64,000 bases of DNA from Heterodontus francisci. Its lineage: Eukaryota. The stretch spans positions 88,949,691 through 89,013,690 of the forward strand of contig NC_090387.1 of assembly GCF_036365525.1 (NCBI RefSeq), given 5' to 3'. Below are positions 10,687 to 21,460 of the stretch, one piece after another (position 1 is the first letter of the stretch; each line of letters opens with the position of its first letter). The notes below the pieces were generated by a model. The model had not been told where the DNA came from, ran no database searches, and was given only the letters and a program-made list of their open reading frames with translations. The translations under genes and the position numbers were made by a program.

Positions 10687-12530
10687 GTGTCCGTGCCGAC
10701 ATTCTGCAAGAGCAGCTCAGATAGTCCTACTCCCCCGCCCTTTCCCCGTGACCCTATATTTTCTTTCTTTTCAGGTTAGTGTCCAATTCCTTTTTGAAAG
10801 CCCTGATTGAATCTGTCTCCACCGTTCTCTGATACAGGTCCTAACCGCATGCTTCAGAGAAAATATTTCCTTATGTAGCCATTGGTTTTTTTGCCAATCA
10901 CCTTAAACCGGTGTCCTCTGGCTCTCGACCCTTCCGTCAATGGGAATAACATCTCTCTATATACCCTGTCTCGACCCCTCATGATTGTGAGCCCTTCAAT
11001 CATATCTTCCCTCAAACTTCTCTTCTCGAAGGAGAAGTACCCCCAGATTCTCCAACCTCTTCACGTAACTGATGTCCCGCACACCTGACTATTCTCGTAA
11101 ATCTTATCTGCACCCTCTCAAAAACCTTTAGATCCTTTCTAGAGTGTCGTGTCTAGAATTGGACACAATAGTCCAGTGTGTCGGAACCAGAGTTTTATAA
11201 AGGTGCATCAAAACCTCTTTATTTGATACTATACGCCTGTATTTATAAAGCCCAGTATGGTGTATGCCTTCTTATAAAGAAATTCCCAACCTACCCTTCC
11301 ATCTTCAAAGGTTTGTGCACATTTACCCGAGATCTATCAGTTCCTGCATCCAGCTTTACAATTGTGCTCTTTATTTCATATTGTCTTTTCTCGTCCTTAC
11401 CTACTATGATGTATCACTTCACATTTATCTGCATAAAATTTCGTCTGCACCTGCGCATCCATTCCACCAGCCTGCTCTGTCCTCTTGAAGTCTGTCACTA
11501 TCCTCCTCACAGTTCACAATGCTTCCAAGATTTATGTCATCTGCAGATTGTGAAATTATGCCCAACACATCCAGGTTCAGGTCATTAATAAACATCAAGA
11601 AAAGCAGTGGTCTATTACTGACTCATGGGAAACCCACTGGCCTTCCTTCCTCCAGTCTAAAAAATGACGGTTCACCACGGTTCTGTCTCCTGTCAGTCAG
11701 CCAACTTTGTATCCCTACTGCAACTTACCCTTTTACTCCATGGCTTCACTTTTGCTGGTAAGCCTGTTACATGCCACTTCATAAAAACAGTTTTTGCGAG
11801 GCCATATACACATCATCCACATTACCCTCAACAAACTGTTGCCTCATCAAAAAACTCAATTAAGTTAGTTGAACAAAGACTTGCCAAAGACATGCCAAAG
11901 ACTTGCAGGTTCGATAGGTTCATTGGCCATTATAAATTGCCCCTAGTATAGGTAGGTGGTAGGGAAATATATAGAGACAGGTGGGGATGTGATAGGAATA
12001 TGGGATTAGTGTAGGATTAGTATAAATGGGTGGTTGATGGTCGGCACAGACTCGGTGGGCCGAAGGGCCTGTTTCAGTGCTGTATCTCTAAACTAAACTA
12101 AAACATAATTTCTCTTTAACACATTCATGCTGACGTTCCCTAATTAATCAGCACACGTCCAAGAGGCTATTAAATTTTGTCCCGGATTTTACTCTATGAA
12201 GGATTTCCGACCGCCCATGTTAAACTGACTGGCCTGCAGTTGCTAAGCTTATCTTTACTTGTTTTCATGCTGATAAAGAGCGTAAAATCTGCACTTCGAC
12301 AGTCCTCGAGAACTACTCCAGTATCAAAAAAAGATTGGAAGATTATGGCCAGTGCCACCGCATGCCTCTTACTTCAGTATCCTCAGATCTCGCCCATCTA
12401 GTCCTGATGGCTTATCAATTTTAAGTGCAGCCAGCCTTTCTAATCTCCTCTTTATCATTTTTAGCTCCTCCAACATCTGAACTACCGCCTCTTTCACTGT
12501 GACTTCAGCCACATCTTTTTCCTTGCCAAT
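10687..12530 (-). mobile_element. Decayed CR1/L3 LINE with a V-SINE inserted
   Basis: Reverse-strand matches to CR1 motifs, e.g. ctcatcaaaaaactcaattaagttagt (NLIEFFDE) and gttaaactgactggcctg (RPVSLT). Confidence 0.7.
11890..12103 (+). mobile_element. HE1-like V-SINE, 5'-truncated
   Basis: Near-identical to the 3' half of the SINE at 19994-20345; ends in (CTAAA)n. Confidence 0.85.
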
Positions 12531-13623
12531 GTCAGTCGTTTAACTGTTCACTGGCTTTAGCCATTTGCATGTATCTTTATAATTCAATTAAGTTTGGACT
12601 TGAATTTTAAAGGCTTGCCACTGCATGCTAAACTAAAACTGGTTGGGTTTCTGTGGAATGGTTGGGACAAAGCGAATAGCGTTGAGATGGGCCATGTATC
12701 ACCTTCACTGGGATTCTTTTGATTTCCTGCCGAAGTTACAGCCGCAGCTTGAGACAGCGGCCATAAATATCCATGGCTATAATTTCGTTTTTCATCTGCA
12801 TTTTTCCTGCAGCAACTAAAAAATCCAGTATAAATGATAAGAAATTCTACAACATAGAAAATACAAAGTATCACATTTTAAGACACACCACAATTAATGG
12901 TCGTTTCGGTCATTTTTTCTTCATAAATGTGCTCGAAAAACATCTCTGACCCAGCAATAAAAGGGTGGGTGAGCATGAATAATTGGAAAACGGATAGGAA
13001 AGGACTCATTGTTGGCAAGAGCGTCCCTGTAGCCCCACACAAAGTGCAGCCTGGTGTAATTCTTACCCCTTGCAAAAGTTTGGACTTGCATTATTCCACT
13101 CATTGCCTCCGACATCCACGGGTAGAGAATGCATTCAAAGAAGGCAGCAAAATAGGAGTCAAAGAGAAAGAAAACGAATTTAGGGGCACAGAGCAAAAGG
13201 GGAATAGAAAAAAGACAAAAGTAGTCGAGTGGAGACAGAAATAGAAATGTTAATACCATGAAAACTGATAAAGATCAGGGAGATTCCATGACCTAGAATT
13301 ACATGATCTGATTTCTCTGGGGTTGCTGCCAATCTCCCACCAAAATTCGGGGAGGTTATTTGGGGTGGATCAACACCAGCCCAGCATCATTTTGAAGTAT
13401 ATGATATCGCTCAGGAGATGGTATTGGTCTCCAGCTGAAGGTATTGCACGACACACAGCCGACCGGCAGAATTGCAGAGCTTTATGTTGACTATCTCATG
13501 ACTAAAGTTACATTTTCTTTGAATTCAGAATGTGTAAATTCACAACGCCAGGCTTGTAACAGTAAAATAACCTTTTTTTCAGATCAGCAAGATCCTTAAG
13601 TGGAAGTTTTGTTTATTTTGCAG

Positions 13624-13737
13624 GTACAGATCGTGGTTTTACTCTTGTGTTTATGTATCTATGCATTGCTGTTGGGCTTTTAATTCTAATACTGATGATC
13701 ATCATTGTGAAATCGGGTAAATTACTTGGATTCAAAG
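13624..13737 (+). CDS. Transmembrane exon of the same receptor (phase 1-1)
   Basis: Acceptor ttttgtttattttgcag|GT and donor AAAG|gtaaat. Translation (G)TDRGFTLVFMYLCIAVGLLILILMIIIVKSGKLLGFK: ~24 uncharged hydrophobic residues followed by basic residues. Phase matches the C1 exon. Not in the ORF track. Confidence 0.85.
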
Positions 13738-13947
13738 GTAAATATTTTCGATTTCTCTAATGTATTCAAGAATTGGTACGTTTCAAGATAATACTTTGGC
13801 TATAATAAGATGGAGAAATTAATAATTGCACCAATGGATGAAGCAGATTTGTTTAGAGATTAGAACAATCAACGACTCTTCAACAAAACAGAGAATTTAT
13901 GCACCTTTCCGATCAGACTTCTGGAAAAGGAGATAAAAGAACCTCAA

Positions 13948-14944
13948 ATAAAAACAAGAAATGCTGGAACCACTCAGCAGGTCTGGCAGCATCTGTGGAA
14001 AGAGAAGCAGAGTTAACGTTTCGGGTTAGTGACCCTTCATTTGTGCTCCTGTAATTCTGGCCTCTTGCATATCCCCAATATTAATTACTCTCTCCGCCTC
14101 TCCACCTCTCTTTCCTCCTTTAGGACCCTCCTTAAAACTTACCTCTTTAACAAAGCTTTTGGAAACCTGTCCTAGTATCTCCTTATGGCTCAGTGTCAAA
14201 TATTATTGATAACAATCCTGTGAAGCTTCTTGGGACATTTTACTATATTAAGAGATAAAAAGCAAGTTGTTGTTATTGCTGAATATAGGATCGTCACCAT
14301 TTCACAGAACTGTAATCCACCTGGGATGTTCACAGATATTTAAGCAAGTTCAAACGATCTGTAGTTGAGTTAAAGAACAACATGGCCATGTGAGCACAAT
14401 GGCGGAACTGGATATGCAACACTACAGACAGATGAAAGTGATAGAGATACCAATCAGGTTAATTGTTGGCCTCATCATCACACTGTTCGAGCAGAACACA
14501 TACTCAGTAGGGACTGAGCCATCACAGTGAACTCCAAATGACCTTAATGACCAAAGCAGAAAAACACAATCACAATAACCTGCATTTATATAGCACCTTT
14601 AATGTAGTGAAACTTCCCAGAGCACTTCACAGGAGTGTTATCAGGCAACAACTGGCACTGAGCCAACGAAGGAGATATTTGGATGGATGACTAGGGGCTT
14701 GGTCAAAGAGGCAGGTTTTAAGGAGCATCCTCATGGAGGGAGAGAGGTCAAGAGCAGAAGAGATTTAGGAAGGCAATTCCAGAGTTTAGGGCCGAAAATA
14801 TACAAAAAAAAGTTCCGATGAAGGGTCACTGACCTGAAACGTTAACTCTGCTTCTCTTTCCACAGATGCTGCCAGACCTGCTGAGTGGTTCCAGCATTTC
14901 TTGTTTTTATTTCAGATTTCCAGCATCCGCAGTATTTTGCTTTT
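13948..14944. mobile_element. Composite Penelope-type insertion: inverted terminal repeats around ~770 bp of non-PLE cargo
   Basis: Perfect 15-bp TSD ataaaagaacctcaa at 13933-13947 and 14945-14959. A ~93-bp inverted repeat (13948-14040 vs ~14818-14911) shows two mismatches by eye. Confidence 0.85.
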
Positions 14945-15889
14945 ATAAAAGAACCTCAATGTTTGACTACAACTCACCTTGGACAGGTGGGCTATAAAAT
15001 TTCGTTTGCAGACAGTCAGCAGAAAACCAATTGAAATTCCAAAGAAAAAGAATAACTGACTCGCATTGATTGTTTATGCTAGATGATGTTAGTTTTCTGG
15101 CGATGCAACTGTTTTTTTTAGCAAAGTTAAAGCTGGACACTCGATGAACCCTAACGATATGACAGAGCAATATGTGAAGCATTTCTGCGGGGATTTTCCC
15201 CATCTCGCATCGTAACTTGAGCTGCTACTTAAATCTACCTGATGCATCGCAAGATTTGTGCAACTACTGTAAATATGGGTTGCGAACCATCAGACACAGA
15301 AATCAAAGTAAATGTAAAGTTGCTGTAAAAGAAATATTAAAATCAAGATTCTTCAGTCATTAGTAAGTTTCACAGAGCTTGTTCCACTTTCTTGGTTTAA
15401 CTTTACCAGGACATCGATAAAACCGTGCGAGAAATAATGTTCGGTGTGATATATAATTATAGAGGCTCGGATGCTAAGTGGGATACGATTAGTTTCATAT
15501 GTAGTTTGGTGGCAGAATGATGGAAACCCCAGAAACACAGAAGTAGAAATTCTCTTGGGTTCTTGACCCCCTGCTCTAGGTGGAAACCTCAGACAAAGAG
15601 CGTGACTAGTAGTTTTCCCAGTTTTTCACTACTGAAGATTCATCTATACGATGAACATTATGAACATTTATGGTTGGAATTTTAGCAGGGATTGCCCAGT
15701 TCTGCTGCCATGTTAAAGGGAAGATCGACAGGAGCGCACTTAAAAAGGACTATCCCACTTCTGTGAAGCCAAAGGGACATAATTCAGCATAAAGCTAAAG
15801 AAGGCGATGCTTGTAGTGCTACCTGGTCATCATTGCACGTTTAGAGGAGAGTGCACAAAGGGAATAGAGTCATGGAGAATACGTTAATT

Positions 15890-16520
15890 ATATGAATTTT
15901 CCAGATGTTGGTTTGGATGGCTGAAGACATTGTTGTCAATGATGGTTTGAAGGGAAGGGATTCATAAGATGCAAATAAATGGAGGGAAATAGTGTTCTCA
16001 GAGGGCAGTAAGACCGGAGATGGTCACAGAGAAAGGATAGACCAGACCACTGTTGAATTTTAACACAAGGATGCGAATTTAATATCTGAGGTAATGAGAA
16101 ACCAAGTGCCAATGCAGGTCAATGAACAGGCGGTGGGGCGTGAGAGTGACATGATACGGCTTTGGTTGTGGGCAACACCGCTTTGGTTAAGTTTCAGCGG
16201 CCGGAAGGATTAGTAAATAATCAGGCATCGATTGTAATAGTGAATACGGAAGTATTGGGAAATAATCAGGCATGGATTATAATAGTAAAGCCGGAAAGTT
16301 AAAAATGCATAGATCAATTTTTCAGCAGAAGCTGAGCTGAGGGAGATGAAACTACAGATGTGGAAATGGATAATCTTTCTGCTGGATAGGATATGTAGTC
16401 TGAAGCCCAGTTGGACGTCAACAAGACTCCAAACGCTGGAAACAGTCTGCTTCAAGCTGAAACAGTGGGCAGACATAAGTATGAGATCGGCTCCAGTGCC
16501 CGTAGTGGAGGCGAAATATG
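15890..16520 (-). mobile_element. Ancient L2-type LINE fragment
   Basis: ORF 16210..16476 contains LSSASAEKLIYAFLTFRLYYYN, a decayed L2 motif (AEKLIHAFVTSRLDYCN). Confidence 0.55.
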
Positions 16521-16794
16521 ATGGTTTAGCTCCTGTAATACGCTACCAATGTTCATCCTGTGCCTGCCGTGCACTCCTTTCAGGATGAGTAACTGCAAGT
16601 GCATGAATTGTTAGGTGTTTAGATCAGATAATATACCACATAGTGTCACATCGTCCAATTTATCTTTGTATAAAGTAATGATGCAGAGAAAATAAATCTC
16701 CATGAAGCAGTCCAAAACAGCGAAGATTCTACTTTATTGTTTAAAGTTATACGAATCCTGTACCGAACCAGTGATCATTGTGTCATAAGGTTCA

Positions 16795-19015
16795 GGCTGA
16801 CTATGAAAAAGGACAAAGGGCAATCCAGAGTAAAAATCATGAACTGGGGGAAGGCCATCTTCAATGTGGTAAGAACAGATCTGGGACGAATAAATTGGAG
16901 TTAAAAGTTTGCAGGAAAATCGGGAGCTTCCTTCAAAGAAGAGATAGTTGTGCACAGTCACGGTATATTCGCTCCAAGGGAAAATATAGGGAAAACAAAT
17001 CCAGAGTTCCCTGGATGACAAAAGAGATAAAGATTAAAATAAAGAAGAAAACGTGTCCTTATGACTGATGCAAGGTAAAAAAAAAATACTATTAAGAACA
17101 AGGATGCATGTAGACGTTTGGGAGAAGTGAAAAAGTAAATAAGAGAAGCAAAGAGAGATTATCAAAAGAGACTGGCGGTTAAAGCAAAAAGAAAATAAGT
17201 AGTAAACGGGTGGGAAAAGGAGGAGTCGCGCCGGTTAGGGACAAAAAATGGATTTGTGCTCGAAGGCAAAGGGCATAGATGAGGAATTAAATGAATACTT
17301 CGCATCTGTCTTTTCCAAGGAAGAAGATGCAACCCAGGCAATGGTGAAAGTGGAGGTAATTCAGACAGGGAAGCGTTTCAAATTGATAAGGAGGAGGTAT
17401 TGTACAGGCTGTCTGGACTTAAAGTAGAAAAGGTGCCAGGACCAGATGAGATGCATCCAAGGACACTGAGGGAAGTGAGAGTGGAAATTGAGGAGGCACA
17501 GACCTGAATATTTGTGTCTTCCTTAGACTCTGGGGTGGTGCCAGAGAATTGAAGATCTACAAATATTACAGGCCTGTTAAAAAAGGGTGCAAAGACAAAC
17601 CCAGCAACTACAGGCCAGTCAGTTTAACTTTGCTGGTGGGGAAAACTCTAGAAAGAATAATTCTGGACATAATTAATAGTCAGGTGGAGAAATGCACGTT
17701 AATTAAAGGAAGCCAACATGGATTTCTTCATGGAACATCATGTTTAACTAACTTGCTGGAGTTTTTTTGAAGAGGTAACAGAGAAGGTTGATGAGGGCAA
17801 TGCAGTTGATGTGGTATATATGGACTTCCAAACGGCGTTCGATACACTGCCATGCAACAGACTTGTGAACAAAGTTATAGCTCATGGAATGAACGGGATA
17901 GTTGCAAGATGAATGCAAAATTGGCTGAGTGACAGTAAGCAAAGTGTAGTGGTTAATGGATGCTTTGTAGGCTGGAGGAAGGTTTGGAGTAGAGTTCCCC
18001 GGGGATCAGTGTTGGGGCCCCGGCTTTGCCTGATATATATTAATGGCCTAGACCTTGGTTTACAGGGCACAAATACAAAACATGTACATGATACGAAACT
18101 TGGAATCATTGTGAACTGTGATAATGATATTGTAGAACTTCAAAAGGCCATAGGCAAGTTGGTGGAATGGGCAGAAAGGTGGCAGATAAAGTTCAATGCA
18201 GAGAAAGGTGAACTGAGACATTTTGGTAGGAAGAACATGGAGAGATAATATATAATAAAGGCTGCAATTCTAAAGAGGGTGCAAGAGCAGAGAGATCTGG
18301 GTGCATAAGTGCATAAGTCATTGAAGGTGGCAAAATGGGTTGGGAGAGTGGTTCATAAAGCATACAGTATCCGAGGCTTTATTAATAGGGACATCAAGTA
18401 CAAGAGCAAGGAGGTTATGTTGAACTTGCATTGGACAATTGTTCAGCCTCAGCTTGAGTATTGTGTCCAGTTCTGGCTGCCGTGCTTTCTGAAGGATGTG
18501 AAAGCGTTGGAGAGGGTGCAGAAAAGATTCACGAGAATGAGTCCAGGGATGAGGAACTTCAGTGTGAAGATAGATTGGAGAGTTTGGGACGGTTTTCCTT
18601 GAAGAGAAGGCTGAGAGGAGATCTGATAGAGGTATTCAAAATTATGAGGGGTCTGGACAGAGTAGATAGGGGGAAACTGTTCCCACTCGTGAAAGGATCA
18701 AGGACTTGAGGGCACAGATTTAAAGTCATTGGTAATAAAAGCAAAAGCTGCGTGAGGAAAAGGTTTTTTCACGCAGCGAGTGGGTAAGGTCTGGAATGCA
18801 CTGCCTAAGAATTTGGTAGAGGCAGGTTCAGTTGATGCATTCGAAAGGGAATAAACTGTTATATGTTAAAGGAAGAATGTGGAGGGTTGTGGGGAGAAGG
18901 CGGGGGAGTGCCACTAGGTGAAATATTCATTCGGAGAGCCAGTGTTGTCACGATTTGCCGAATGGGTCTCCTTCTGTGCTGGAATGTGTGAATGTGGAAT
19001 TCTGTGAATCTGTAA
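16795..19015 (+). mobile_element. CR1/L3 LINE, frameshifted ORF2 and 3' UTR
   Basis: ORFs 17549..17770 (NYRPVSLT..QHGF..SCLTNLLEFF), 17913..18248 and 18309..18602 (PQLEYCVQFW). Confidence 0.9.
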
Positions 19016-19316
19016 TTAGGATCGTTTTAACATAAAAGTTTAATGGAGAGTCAAGTGGGATACAATAAGACATGTTTTGTTTCTTGTTAAATATTAGATA
19101 TTCAATAAAGTGAGGACACTAACAAATTTTCATTCAGACTAAGTGTAACTTTTGACTGTACGATAATATTAAAATAGAAATTGATAAAAATGCAATTTAG
19201 AAACAGTTAAATCAGTATTAATTCTAAGAAAGTGGGACACTGGTAAAATATGGTTAAATTTGAAACCGACAACAATCTCAATATTTTCAATAATATAATG
19301 AAATTCGTGCGCAAAG

Positions 19317-19432
19317 ATTTGCAAGGTACCGAAGATACAACAGAAGAACAGCTCAGCTACGCAGCTTTGAATTTTGCAGAACCTAGGAAGCATTCAAATC
19401 GCAAGCAGATAAAAAAGAACGTGCACACACAG
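19317..19432 (+). CDS. Cytoplasmic exon 1 with ITIM LSYAAL (phase 1-0)
   Basis: Translation (D)LQGTEDTTEEQLSYAALNFAEPRKHSNRKQIKKNVHTQ; donor CAG|gtacca at 19432/19433. The acceptor is weak (gcaaag|AT); an in-phase alternative AAG acceptor lies at 19325/19326. Confidence 0.75.
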
Positions 19433-19993
19433 GTACCAAAAATTCTATTGATATATTTAATACTATTTCATATAAATACATAACTGTAACTATCTCTTTT
19501 TTATATGCAACATGATGTCATGTGTTTAGAAGTCAATATATGATTCAACTATGGATTGTTGGTGAATAGATTGCCTTCACGGATTTTTATCTCAGTTGTA
19601 TCACCCTGCTCCCCTCATGTGTTATGAACCCATTCAGGATCACGTTACTTAATCCTACTTGGTATGTCTATTAGGGGCTGAAGGGTGATATCACAGAACG
19701 GGCGTAACACAGCAGTAGCCAGTTATCAAATCGGTCCAATTTTCATATCTTTGCTAACAACATTAAAAATTGTTGGAGTGAAAAATGAGCTGCAAATACA
19801 CTGTCACCGACTTTGCTTTATCGTCAAATATGAATTTCCCACCACCAGCACCTTCCTGAGGTCGTGTGAAAATAATTCGGCTGCCTCCACATAGTTTGTC
19901 CTACCTTCCAACAATTGAATAAATAGAATCTTAGGGAGATGACGTCAATTATAAATCAACAACTGGTTTTCAGAGAATTATAGGTTAACATTT

Positions 19994-20345
19994 GGGCGGC
20001 ACAGCGGCACAGTGGTTAGCACCGCAGCCTCACAGCTCCAGCGACCCGGGTTCAATTCTGGGTACTGCCTGTGTGGAGTTTGCAAGTTCTCCCTGTGTCT
20101 GCGTGGATTTTCTCCGGGTGCTCCGGTTTCCTCCCACAAGCCAAAAGACTTGCAGGTTGGTAGGTAAATTGGCCATTATAAATTGCCCATAGTATAGGTA
20201 GGTGGTAGGGAAATATAGGGACAGGTGGGGATGTGGTAGGAATATGGGATTAGTGTAGGATTAGTATATATGGGTGGTTGATGGTCGGCACAGACTCGGT
20301 GGGCCGAAGGGCCTGTTTCAGTGCTGTATCTCTAAAAAAAACTAA
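19994..20345 (+). mobile_element. Full-length HE1-like V-SINE (tRNA-derived)
   Basis: A box cggcacagtggtta, B box gggttcaattc, V-domain core tgtgtggagtttgca.gttctccc..gtctgcgtgg.ttt..ctccgggtgctccggtttcctccca, and CR1-derived tail gggccgaagggcctgtttc.gtgctgta. Confidence 0.9.
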
Positions 20346-21460
20346 AACATGTTACAAAGGGCGAGCCTTCGGTACATCGTGCATCTGCCGGTTCTTCGGA
20401 AGAGCTTTCCGATTAGTCCCACTCCCCAGCTATTTCCACATAGCACTGCAACGTTTTCCTCTTTACGTAGTTGTCTAATTCCTTTATGAAATTTGTCATT
20501 AAATCCGGTTCCTCTAACTGTATTGCAGCCCATAACAGCTCGCTGAATAAACTCTCATGTCGTCTCTCGTTCTTTATTACAACTGCTTTAAATCAGCATC
20601 TTCTGGTTACCGACTGTTCTGCTACTGGAATCGTGTTTTCTTTATTTAGTCTATCAAAACCCTTCATGATTTTGAATACCTCTATCAAATCTCATCCTTT
20701 TCTGATCTAATGCGAACACCAGCACCCTGTGCAGTCCCTACGCAAAACTGAAGCCGTTCACCCCTAGTACCATGCCAGTAAATCTCCTCTGTACCCTCTC
20801 GAAGGTCATGACATCCTTTTAAAAGAGTGGCACCCAAAATTGGCCGTAATACCGCAGCCAAGGACAAAGCAGTGTTTTATAAACGTTCAGCATAACTTTC
20901 TTCCTTTTGTATTCTATGTCGCTATTTATAAAGACATTTATAACAGACTTCTTTGTTTCTCCTACCACCGTCAAATGCTTAGGTACGTACTGTACCACTT
21001 TTGTTTGTTTTGAGAGCCCTTTTCAGCCATTTAGTTTGTATTGCCTGTTCTATTTCTTCCAACCAGGGAGAATCACTTATGAGGAAAGGTCCACGAGCTA
21101 AAATATTAACTCATTTTTTTTCTAACCGCAAATGCTGCAGACTATTGAGTATTTCCAGAATTTTCTGTCTCGATTTACGAACTATCACTTCACACTACCA
21201 TACTGGATAACACGTATCTAAACATTTTCCCAGTCTATATCCGATATCCTGAAGCCTGGTAGTAGCCTCTCCCCTGTGCACTTGCAATCTGTAAACTTTA
21301 AAATTATGCCCAGGGTACCCAAATACAGGATATTAACATATATCAACAACGGCAGACACAACACGGACACCCTGGGGACACCACTGCATACTACCCTCCT
21401 GAAAAATAAGTCTGAAAAACAACCGTTTACCACTATTCTCAGACCCTTCACCAATTTCTG
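20346..21460 (-). mobile_element. Old CR1 fragments (with a short PLE-terminus remnant near 21098-21175)
   Basis: ORF 21218..21454 LRIVVNGCFSD..CSGVPRVSVL; CR1 3' UTR-like sequence at 20350-20520. Confidence 0.6.

Noticed and set aside
19994-20065. tRNA gene (also 38800-38870, 33290-33365, 63020-63100)
   Set aside because: A/B boxes belong to retroposon heads; they run on into repeat bodies, with no convincing cloverleaf or T-run terminator.
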